This document shows, in pieces, positions 1-10,907 of a stretch of DNA of 64,000 bases. This DNA is from Phoronis australis (Eukaryota > Animalia > Phoronida): the NCBI GenBank assembly GCA_002633005.1, contig NMRA01000351.1:1-64000 (forward strand). Direction: 5' to 3'. The notes beneath the pieces were generated by a model. That model was given only the letters and a program-made list of their open reading frames with translations, had not been told where the DNA came from and made no database searches. A program made the translations under genes and the position numbers. The first letter of the stretch is position 1. Every line of letters starts with the position of its first letter.

Positions 1-992
1 ATTGAATCAGAAATTTCTGTTATTAGGGCCCAGTGGGGATATGATGTTTTCATGAGCCCTGGAACGAGAGAATCGAGAGGTGTCTGCATATTGCTAAATA
101 ATAACTTTGAATGTGAAGTTGGTAAAATCTATCTTGATGATAAAGGAAACCTTATTGTCAACAAATTACTTATTGAAATTCGAGTCTCAATATTTATGGT
201 CCCAACAAGGATGACCCTGAATTTTTTCGAACCCTGCTTCAGGTAGTCTGACTACAATTCAGAGTTCATAATCATATGCGGCGACTGGAATTTGGTTCAG
301 GATTTCAATCTTGACTGTTTAGGATACAAACACCAAAACAATCCGGCTGCAAGAAAACAAGTTATCAGTCTGATGTCGCAGTAAAATTTGGTCGACCCTG
401 GCGGTTACGTAACCCAAATACAACAAGCTATACTTGGTTCAGAATTAACCCTTGTAAGCTAGCCCGTCTGGACTTTTTTCTAGTATCCCACGAGTTTTTC
501 TCTTGGATAGAGAATATTGAAACGTCCCCAGGTTACAGAACCGATCATTGTGTCGTGACTACTATTCAGGCCTCTAAATTTCTTTGAGGTAAAGGTCTAT
601 GGCGACTTAACAAATCCTTATTACGTGATGTAGAATACATTAGTAATGTGAAAGACATCATAGTTAAAACAGAGAAGGAATATTTATCTCCTGATAATGA
701 CTCCAATTTGTCAGACGGTCAGTCCACTATAGACGACTCTCTTCTTCTTGAGATGATTCTATTGAATATTAGAAATTATACTTTGTCTTATTCAGCTTTC
801 AAGCAAAAAGAAAAGCATCGACATGAAAAGAATTTAGAGGAACAATTAAGTCTTCTTAGAGAAATGATGTGCAACAGTAATTCTGCTCTGCTCCTTGAAA
901 TTTATTCAGATTTGCAGAAAGATTACGAATATATTAGAAAGGACAAAGTGAAAGGCAGGATGCTGAGATCTCGGGCAAAATGGATCGAGGAT

Positions 993-2727
993 CATGTGGT
1001 GAACACATCCACTACCACAAGAAACTGTAGGAACACTGCATTTATCCACCCTCACTCTTATCAGGCTTCTATTGTGAGTCAGCATGCGTAAATAATTGGC
1101 TGATAAGCCACCTCTGGAACTACTTTTGGCTGAATGGATGACCAGGTCATAAAATGATAATTAGCCAAGACCAGTTACTAATGCAACAAAGAATAATGTT
1201 GTAGCATCACCTAGCCTTGGTGGAAAGTTGTATACTGTATTGGCTCTAGTAAACGCTTAGAAAAATTCATTTCACGGGGAGGGGACGCTCATTGTAGCTT
1301 ACGGCAGTTGAAACCCGGTTTCCCAAACGGGTAAAATCGGAAGCTAGGATTCATCAAATTTTCGTTCTGTGACGTATTTGTAGTCTATGACAGTCTTTCT
1401 ACAAAATTGTGGTGCATTGCTATCAACTTCCGTTGTTAAATTACGATAATTTTCAAAAAATTGTGCTCATCACAGGGCGAAAACTTGCCGACTGATGCGT
1501 CGCTGAATCACGATCGTCAATAGGAAAACTTGAACTCTTGAATAAAAATATAGTTTCGACTCAACAAATTACCTGAAATCTTCCTGATGTTTTACAATTT
1601 TTAAAGTTCATGTGGAGTCCAGATTAATTGCGATTAAGTCCAAATGTGCGCTACATCGTACTCCACAACACGAGAAAAATCTGGATGAACACACATGTTG
1701 TTATCACGTGACGTTTGTTTCGAAGTTTGTCTGCGTATGAGAGTGAGTGAGCGTGCGGGTGCGGGTCATCGACAACAGACTTTTTTGTTACAAAAGGCGG
1801 AGGATTATGCAAGAATATGGCGTTTACTAGATTGTTTTTCACTTAAACAGCTGCAACCTGAAAGGTGAGTGCTGGTTAACTCACAGATTTTGTGTGCACA
1901 GGCCGACGGTCGTTAGCTCTACCGTGGAGTATTACAGTCCAAGGCTTGATATACATGTTGGGGAAGAGGTGAACTACCCGGGCTGTGTGAAATTTCTGGG
2001 TCTAACGGAGACATTGACGCAGTGGTCAGCCAGCTCGCTGTATCAAGACTATAGTCAAAATCCAAATTCGTTTTATCGTGTCCCTGTCAATAATAACGGC
2101 ATGCTAAAGTTTCGTAATTTTCGTACTTCAGGAACATATCAATCATGTGTTTTGTACATACGCGCACGCCGCAGATCACATCTCGGAAATTGCCGATTTG
2201 ACGGATGACAATGAATGAGCACAATGAAATTAAACAACGACGTTTTACAGCTTGTAAGATTCATAATAAACGTATTTTGAATATTGCAGTGCATGTGTTC
2301 CAAAATCTAAATAACTTGGGTCCTATATTTTTGTATTCGTGCGTGCTGAATGAAAGTAATCGTGAGTGTTGCTGTGTTGCAAAATCTCTTATCCTGGGCC
2401 GATTTGAAAAATTCAAAGTTGTACTCATATTTGTTTTCGCTCCTCTTTTCAAATATTACAGTAAAAACTACGTAAAACTCTCTCCTTAAAAAGTGCAGTC
2501 TGCTAGCTAGATTGTAATCAGCTGATCATATCCGCATGAGCGAAGCCGATTATCCTCGCTCGTGACTCGATGAATAGAGCAGCTAGGCGGCATCCCTTTG
2601 ATCGTGAGCCGAGCGCGACTCAGCCAAGGTGGATAAATACGGTCTAGTTCAATTTTCCAAACCCCACCGTTTACCTTGACCATTGGGGTTAGGACCAATC
2701 TTATTTAGTGGGAATGTTTATAGCATG
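993..2727. mobile_element. Non-autonomous insertion with imperfect CATG-terminated inverted ends and a 3-bp TSD (GAT)
   Basis: The L1 reading W-I-E-D|D-E-K is split exactly here. GAT lies at 990-992 and 2728-2730. Left end catgtggtgaacacatccacta versus reverse complement of right end catgctataaacattcccacta. Confidence 0.75.
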
Positions 2728-3521
2728 GATGATGAAAAACTGTCCAAATATTTTAGTAACTTAGAAAAACTCAATTACTCACAAACTTATAGACGAGACT
2801 GGTCGAATTTTGACAAACCAAAAAGCTATATTGTGTGCAATCGAAAAAAAATTCTATGCAAATTTATATGCAGCCAAAGAAAATGACTCTCTCCAATATG
2901 ATTTGGAGGACTTGGTGACCCCAGAAAATATGTCGAAACTAGATGCCGACTTGAAAGAAAAACTAGAAGGACCAATAACATATACTGAAGCTGCGGCTGT
3001 CCTTAAATGTATGAAAAATGACAAAACTCTGGGGACCGATGGTTTTCCTGTAGAGTTTTACAAATTTTTTTGGAAAGAATTGTCGCCATTTTTGATCAAA
3101 TCTTTTAATTACAGTTTTCGAACCGGCCGTCTCCCTACCACTATGCGTCAATGTGGCATTTCTTTGATTCCTAAGGGCAAGAAACATTAAAAATTGGAGG
3201 CCTGTCTCCTTACTAAACTCAAGTTAAACTATTATCAGCATGTATTGCACAAAGGATAAAATCTGTTTTAAATAAGTTAATTCATCCTTATCAAACTGGG
3301 TTTCTCCCAGGTCGCTTTATCGTGGAGAACACCAGGGTGATTTATGACATCTTACAATATACTCAAGTTAAGGATATTCCCGGACTTTTGGTATTAATTA
3401 ATTTTGAAAAAGCCTTTGATTCTGTGTCCTGGGGATTTCTGAAGAAAGTTCTACACTATTTCAATTTCGGTGACGATGTTATTCGTTGGTTCACAATACT
3501 CATTGAAAGTGTCCAACTTTC

Positions 3522-3723
3522 GGTCATTCAGTATGGCTTTAGGTCATTCAGTATGGCTTTAGGTCATTCAGTATGGCTTTAGGTCATTCAGTATGGCTTT
3601 AGGTCTAACTACTTTAACATTTGGTCATTCAGTATGGCTTTAGGTCATTCAGTATGGCTTTAGGTCATTCAGTATGGCTTTAGGTCATTCAGTATGGCTT
3701 TAGGTCTAACTACTTTAACATTT
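3522..3723 (+). repeat. Higher-order minisatellite inside the L1 RT: [(GGTCATTCAGTATGGCTTTA)x4 + 21 bp] x2
   Basis: Read directly: 20-bp unit x4 plus ggtctaactactttaacattt; the 101-bp block is duplicated (3522-3622, 3623-3723). Confidence 0.95.
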
Positions 3724-5322
3724 GCCGAGGTTGCAGAAACCTTATCTTTTTTGTTGTGTACTGAAATTATGGCATCAATGTTGAAGCAATGTGAGAATGT
3801 TAGAGGCATAAAAGCAGGCTCTTTAGAGTATAAATTAATGCAATAAGCAGATGACATGGTCCTCTTTCTAGATGGTTCAGAGACCTTTTTAAAATCGTCA
3901 CTTACCTTCTTGATCAGTTTGCTAATTATTCTGGTTTGACACCCAATAATGATAAAACTGTTAGTATATGGATTGATTCTAAGATATGTTGTGGTGATAG
4001 GCTTTGCTGTGAAAAAGATTTAAAATGGGCAAGTTCCCAGTTCACATTTCTTGGAATTACCTTACAGGACATGATTCACTTAAACTACGATGTAAAATTA
4101 AACGAGGTTAGAAAAGGCATTGGAAATTGGTCAAAAAGAAATTTATCTACCTTTGGTAAGATAACGGTTGTCAAATCTTTTTTATTACCAAAACTGATTC
4201 ACCGCTTTTACACACTTCCTCTTCCAAGTGCTACTTTTTTAAGGACAATAAAAAATATTTTTTACTTTTATATGGGGTACCTCTTCTGATAGAATCTCTA
4301 GAAAAGCCATGGTACAGAAATCTGAAGATGGAGGTGGGAATATGGTCCATATTGCGTCATTTGTCAAAGCTATTAAACTAATTTGGATTCAAAGATTCTT
4401 CAAAAATTATTATAACAATGCTTCTCCTTAGCTAAATATTTTATGTGAAATTATTCCTAATATAAAAATTGACTCTTTTCAGTTAAATTCTTGTTTTTTT
4501 CTTGAAGTATCTAACCGTACTAAGAATATTTTTGGAAGGATATTTTTTATATCTTATACGAATTTATCAATCTGTGTGAGATAGATGATCCTTTGTACCA
4601 ACCTTTGTGGTATAACCCCAAAATTTGTATAGACAGTCCAATTTTTTGGAACGAGTGGTTTCAAAAGGGTATACAGTACGTATACGATTTAATTGACCCT
4701 GATAAAGGATATATTTATGATTATCATACCTTTTGTACACGTTTTCAATTTTGTCCTTGTATTACTCAGTTTTATGGTATTCGAAGTTCAATACTTCGTT
4801 CTAAGAGACAAGAGTACTAATGTCACTCCACTTTTTCCAGAACATATTTTTTAAATCTCCTCGGAAAATAAAGGGACGGGGATAATCTATGAGTTATTCA
4901 TTTCTAAATTGTATGTAAAACCTGTCGCAGAGTTGAAGTGTGAGAGAGAAATTAACTTACGCGGTGATACTCAATCTTGGAAAAAAATTCATTCTGTAAT
5001 TTATCATTGTACTTCCGATGTCAGACTCAGATGGTTTCAATTCCGTATCAACCACAGACCTATTGGTACAAACTCTTATTTAAAGAAAATAGGTGTTAGT
5101 GAATCATCTTTATGTTGTTTCTGTGAGCAACATGAAGAAACAATTCTACATTTGTATTGGAAATGTTCACTTGTTCAGAAGTTTTGGGGATGTTTATAAA
5201 CATGGATGATAAATCAGTGCAATTTCCCTTTGCAGTTAAATATGTCTTCCGCCTTGTTTGGAGACCAAGCCTGTAGATTAGAAGTTGTAAATTTAATTCT
5301 TTGCCTAGCAAAATATCATTTA

Positions 5323-6575
5323 GCGTATTCGCCGTAATAACCGCCCATGCCCCTATAAGCGCCCACCCCCATGCGTTTTAAGACTGTGCTAAAGTAAGCG
5401 CCCAGTCCATGAGCGTGTACGTGCGAAAAATGCCTTACCTACAGTCCTAAAATTCTACAGTAAAGTCTTCAATTTATCAATAATATCCAACAGTCCTGAA
5501 AAAATCATTGTGCGCAGAATTTGTAGACCACAAGCCTCGCCGTTATGTCGGTATTTAGCTTTGACTATACACTTCAAACTTACGCCATGCCTCAAAACGA
5601 ACACAAAAGTTCTGCTATATTGCGGAGACCAATGGTCTGGCCTTTCAGAACAGAAGTAGTGTACTTCTACGGGATTGCTTTGTAGATATTTCCCGCTTTC
5701 AACAGGAATCCTACACGTGAAAACTGCGAATTGAAGACTAATAAACAGCTTGGCCAGTGTTAAAAGCACGTGGACAGGAAACACGCGCTACATACATGAA
5801 CCTGTCATCAAAGGCACTAGTCGGTAACTATCCATTCATGAAACGGGTAGCATAGCATCGGCAAGAAATGAATATTGGCACTAATTTCCGACAGTTTCTC
5901 ATATTATAAAAAATAATTGCGTTATTTTTAAAATGAATTGTTTGATTAACCATAATTGGTGTTTTTAAGCCAAATATCCGATAAAATAACCACTGACAGT
6001 GAATGCTTACACACCCTTACACCGAAAAATAACTGTCAGATAGTCACGTACGCATCCAGCCACACGNAACAGAAGTAGTGTACTTCTACGGGATTGCTTT
6101 GTAGATATTTCCCGCTTTCAACAGGAATCCTACAGGTGAAAACTGCGAATTGAAGACTAATAAACAGCTTGGCCAGTGTTAAAAGCACGTGGGCAGGAAA
6201 CACGCGCTACATACATGAACCTGTCATCAAAGGCACTAGTCGGTAACTATCCATTCATGAAACGGGTAGCATAGCATCGGCAAGAAATGAATATTGGCAC
6301 TAATTTCCGACAGTTTCTCATATTATAAAAAATAATTGCGTTATTTTTAAAATGAATTGTTTGATTAACCATAATTGGTGTTTTTAAGCCAAATATCCGA
6401 TAAAATAACCACTGACAGTGAATGCTTACACACCCTTACACCGAAAAATAACTGTCAGATAGTCACGTACGCATCCAGCCACACGGCGACTAATATGGCC
6501 TTACCGAGACAAATGTTGAATGTTTTTAGCTCATGAGACCGGCATGTGCTGAATGAAACACGCTCTGGTTTAGGC
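5323..6575 (-). mobile_element. TA-flanked TIR DNA transposon fragment (Tc1/mariner-pogo-like, 'family A')
   Basis: TA + gcgtattcgccgtaataaccgccc terminus resembles the one at 48536. The 5740-6565 interior is the reverse complement of ~49190-49600. Confidence 0.7.
5649..6485. other. Probable assembly artefact: 418-bp near-identical duplication on either side of a single N (6067)
   Basis: 5649-6066 equals 6068-6485 except for about 2 substitutions, and the junction is the N. Confidence 0.8.
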
Positions 6576-6579
6576 CTAC

Positions 6580-7165
6580 TGCCATCTTGAAAGCAACTTC
6601 CGGTTTCTTGGCTTTGTGTAATAGCATGTCACAAGAAATTAATACATGCAAAAATTCGAAGGAATTGGCCCTATATGCGCCCTCTAATGGAGAAAACGGT
6701 TTTTAGGCGAAAATCGAGGTGCGCTTGCGCGATCGCCAATATTTCTACCATCTTTAACCAGAAGTAAACAATTTCCGGTATACTTGTAGCTCACTTCCGG
6801 TCCATTTACTGTGCCGATTCTCAGCCCTGTACGTAAAAATTGTAGCCTCCAGAAGCATTTAAACCTTTAAATGAAAACAAAATGGCCGCCACATCCTCTA
6901 TCTTGGATCCGATTATGACGAAAAACAATAGGCTTCCAGTACTTTTGACACTACGTGTTATGTGTAAATTTCGTGATGATCGGACGAAAATTGCGACCTG
7001 TATCGTGCAAACACACTAAAAAAATACAAACTTGATGGAAGAGCAACAATTACTTGGCGAAATAAACAAGTAAAAACAAACTTAACGACAGAGCAACATA
7101 CTTGGCGAAATTTGTTTGGCCAAGTAACAAACTTGATGGAAGAGCAACACACTTGGTTAAATTTA
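6580..7165 (-). mobile_element. Helentron/HINE-like 'family B', 5' portion
   Basis: Reverse complement of ~10910-11405. The 5' motif gagcaacatacttggcgaaat is reiterated three times at 7040-7165. Confidence 0.8.
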
Positions 7166-7169
7166 TTTC

Positions 7170-7432
7170 ATCAAGTAATCATAAAGCTTCAGTACCCAGA
7201 CACATTAAGACACATATTCAATTGAAGGAACAGTCAATAGATGATCTCAAAGAAGAACTCAACGTAACAAATGACCAACCCATAGTCAATGAGAATAACG
7301 ACGTTAACACAAATTGCAAATTTTCGCTCAAGCTTTAACTGATCTAATGAACAAGCACTAATGCCCTCCAAAACCAAAAAAAAAATTCAACAAATACAAG
7401 CATGAACTAAATGCATGGATAACAAGTGGCTG
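7170..7432 (+). mobile_element. CR1/L2-group LINE remnant (EN-RT linker)
   Basis: Frameshifted translation ...LMNKH..PSKTKKKFNKYKHELNAWITSG resembles the KFNKYKHK..WIT.G linker of CR1-group ORF2. Confidence 0.55.
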
Positions 7433-8525
7433 AAATTAATATTTAACATAAATGAGAAATAACACACAGTAAACAGTTAATATCTAATATAACAAGAATG
7501 AATGTCAAATAATAAATTCACTAAATATAATGTACAATAATTCATGCAATTCATTACATATTCATGATACTATTTCTACATAAAAGATAGTAAGTATTAC
7601 TCACTTACCGCGTTTTGATGCTTTGGCCTCCAGTTGAGTATGTGGTGCATCCACACATTTTAATGAACTATAAAAAAACTATATTGCGTAATGATCATAC
7701 AGAATAGTTGCCTTGAGATAGCTGACCAGTACCATATATATTGCAAACACAGTAGGGAATTTCTTACCGAAGTTGTCAAAGTTCTTGCAGTTTTTTACTA
7801 GATCATTCTACCACTGAGAAATGTTTCTTGAAATGTGATACAGCACTTTGTTCTAGTCGCTCTTAACGAGTGAGAATAGCAATTACCATTCTACCGACTG
7901 TAAAGAAGGCAAAGAAAGTCACGCATGGCTCACGCCTGACTCGGGGTCTGCTCGCGCTTTGTTCACGCCTGACTCACGGTAAGCTCCAGGCACGGCAGTC
8001 ACGCTTATGCTCATGCCAGTTGCCACGGTCGATCAGCCTCACTCTCTCAGATCTGTCTCACGCCTAGCCAGACCGGATGCAGACTGGACGAAATCTAATA
8101 AGTCAGTGGCTGTACTGTAGGCAGCCTCTTGTTCAAACTAAAGATTACTAGATTATACTTAGGAAGTCTGAAACCACGTTTAATGAAGCATACTTGAACC
8201 CTGAAAACTCAGGCATCTGTAGTAGCTCCATGGATGAGGAATGCCAAGATTAGTTGCGCTGTGGTTCACTAGAGAGAAATCAACTATGCCGGCATCAAAA
8301 GCCAGCAAAACCTCAATAAAATGGGTTGAGTTTTTATGTAATGCTACCTTTTTATGATGTGAAACATATTTCCTGAAAATGTTGAAAAATACATATTTTT
8401 AACACGAAGGTTACATATGTGCTATGCTTTGATAGCCCCGTTGTCATTTTTACCACAAAAAAGTGCATTTTTGGGATCATTGTTGTATGGTATAGACTGT
8501 TGTTAACAATGTTTTTTGGCCAAAA

Positions 8526-8600
8526 TAGTAGTAGTAGTAGTAGTAGTAGTAGTAGCAGCAGCAGTAGCAGCAGCTGTTAGTAGTATTAGTAGTAGTAGTT
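8526..8600. repeat. (AGT)n/(AGC)n microsatellite
   Basis: Read directly from the sequence. Confidence 0.95.
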
Positions 8601-8996
8601 CATTACAAACAAACCATCTTCTGGGAGAAGTAGTACGACAGCATCTCAATTACACATTCCATTCAGCCATGTCAATTTGAAGTGTCTAGCTCAAAATTTT
8701 ACTTTGCACCCCATAACCTTTGAGCTGTTTGAGCTGATTGGATGATCCGATTTCTTAGAAAAGTAATTGTGTTGTTGACTTACACCTGTGCACCAAATTT
8801 GAAGGAGAAACCTTTAAAACTGGTCAGAAGTAGCATTTTGAAAGTTGTATGACCTTTGCACCAAATGATCTCTTCTGGTGCATTATGGAATATGGTTATA
8901 TAATGAATGAAAACTTATTTACTGATAAATAGGGCACCTCAAATTCGAAGGAGTTATCTGCAGTCGTTTTGAAGTTATAAAGTTGACTGCATATTC

Positions 8997-9500
8997 TTAA
9001 GGAAGATCTCTTGATGACTGATGGAATTGGAAAAAAAAATTATCATAAAAGTAAATTAGCAATTGATTGTGTTTGAATTTGTAAAAGAATTTTAGGCAAG
9101 CTTGGTTAAATATAGCGTCAAGAAGAAGTGATCTGATTTCTGTGTGTGAAAGAATGAGAACTTGGTAACATTTCTCAAAGTTTTTTTTCTGCAGATGTTT
9201 CAATCTCATACAATAATTGAACCCCCATAGTGTTATACCAAAATATAGATGTGAGAGCATTGTATATCATTAGGAGCATGTGTTTGGGGAAAACAGTGTT
9301 TCTGTATGGAGAGGACGCCCACAGTTTTGGCAGTTTTGTTAGAAATTTTCTGAATAATCTTGTTCCAGGAAAGAAGACTGTCAACAAAAATACCTAAAAA
9401 TTTGAAATTTTCAACTCTGTTAGTAATTTCATTGTTGATTTTGATTAGCGGGATGTCAGCTTTGCTGATTTTTTATGGAAATCTAAATATATTAATAAAA
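8997..9500 (-). mobile_element. CR1/L2-group LINE remnant, RT C-terminal region
   Basis: Minus-strand translation RVENFKFLGIFVDSLLSWNKIIQKISNKTAKTVG...HMLLMIYNAL/SHLYFGITLWG..RLKHLQKK..SHTE..CLKFFYKFKHNQL, with frameshifts. Confidence 0.85.
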
Positions 9501-9945
9501 ACAACAAGAGATTTAAAACAGATTCACAAAACAGGACCTATGGGGATCAGATGGGACCCCCGCACCAGAAAATAGGACTGACGCTCCTAAAAACTCGACC
9601 GCCCCACCAAAAAACAGGACCGCCGGGGACTGAACATGACCGCCGGTGATTGAAACAATTGTTTTAAGAGGTTTCAGTCACTTTATATGAAATGAATTCC
9701 ATGAAATCTAACTAAATCTAACTAGATAAGCACTGTTTAATGCATGCTAACTGTTTCAGGTGAGGAAAAATTACTCTTAACAAGCAATCTTGAAATCTAC
9801 TGTTTTGATCCCAATGTATTAGTTGTGTCAATAAAAGTGTGAAATTGGAAACCTCTGATTCGACAGCTCTGATAGTCAGTCTTTGAGATTTGCTTAACAG
9901 GTTTTTTTCACTTTCTATACTTACTTGGGTCTTTTTTATTTTAAG

Positions 9946-10530
9946 AAAGTCATCGTTATTCCGTATGTAGTAAGACATTCACATACGGCAGCACACTAAA
10001 TCGACATATTATAAAACACGGAGGAAAGTTGCCATTTCTGTGCCAAGCGTGTAACCGGCACTTTCACAGCAAAGCGGCACTTGAAGACCACTACGGCAGT
10101 AGCCACGGTGCTAAAAAATTCCATAGAAGGACTGCGGGTGTACTTTTGCATCACAAAGTGGGTTGTGAAGGCACTGTGAGGTGCACTCACGCACTACATA
10201 CAAGTGTAATTTGTGCGAGAAGACTTTGAAAAGAGAAGTAACTTCGTCTCTCATCTACGAACGCACAGTCGTTCCGAGTGCAAGTTGTGGCGCAAGATGT
10301 TCACAAAAAAATCGCATCTAGTTGATCATATTGCCTCAACCCACACTTCAGACCCACACTTTAGTTGCGATCATTTTGCCATCACAACAAATCATCAGAG
10401 GTCATTGGCAAGACACTGGACAACTCACAGTGACATCAAGCCTCATGTGTGTAGTAAATGTGGCAAAGGGTTTTCCCGGAGAGATTACACTTCTCGACAT
10501 GAGAAATTATGCAAAGGACTAAACAATTAA
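9946..10530 (+). pseudogene. Decayed C2H2 zinc-finger array exon (~7 fingers)
   Basis: Follows an acceptor-like ttttattttaag. Fingers: VCSKTFTYGSTLNRHIIKH, CQACNRHFHSKAALEDHYGSSH, CGCTFASQSGL*RHCEVH, CNLCE/DFEKRSNFVSHLRTH, ... CSKCGKGFSRRDYTSRHEKLC*. Stops, frameshifts and lost Cys residues. Confidence 0.85.
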
Positions 10531-10907
10531 CATATGATTGTAGCTTTATTTCACTATATTATCCAGAGGTATTATTTAGTAGATTATTGTTATGAGAATT
10601 CTTTATTTCATCATCTCTCTCTGTGCATGGGGTGCCCGACCGCAGCAGTTATCGCGTTATTGTCTTTAGAGGATCTTTATGATGTTTTGCAAATTTGTAT
10701 TTATGAAGCTGATGACGATTGACAACTTTTGGACCACTTTGATTGCTCTGTGTGATCTTGGAATTCTGCTTAATCTCAAGATTGTGTATGCGTGAGGTTG
10801 CAATTGAATATTTGTTTGGGCAGTATGGTGAATTTTTAGTTCAGTGTAAAGAATTTTTATCATTACTGGCCTCATGATTACCTCTGTACCCCTTTGTGGC
10901 AATTTTA

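Larger units (their letters stand above)
1..5320 (+). mobile_element. Decayed L1/Tx1-clade non-LTR retrotransposon ORF2 (APE endonuclease + RT + C-terminal Cys/His region), interrupted by an insertion at 993-2727 and truncated at 5321
   Basis: Ordered motifs across frameshifted ORFs: SRGVCILLNNNF, IICGDWN, ARLDFFLVS, GYRTDH, LWRLNKSLL, RSRAKWIE|DDEKLSKYFSNLEK, GTDGFPVEFYKFFW, NWRPVSLLN, QTGFLPGRFI, FEKAFDSVSW, Q*ADD (3841), LSTFGKITVVKSFLLPKL, PLWYNPKI, CCFCEQHEETILHLYWKC. Many stops and frameshifts. Confidence 0.93.

Noticed and set aside
7600-8114. Possible minus-strand exon (donor near 7605) and a TA-flanked terminus at 8112
   Set aside because: Stops occur in all frames and I found no partner terminus, so it cannot be supported.
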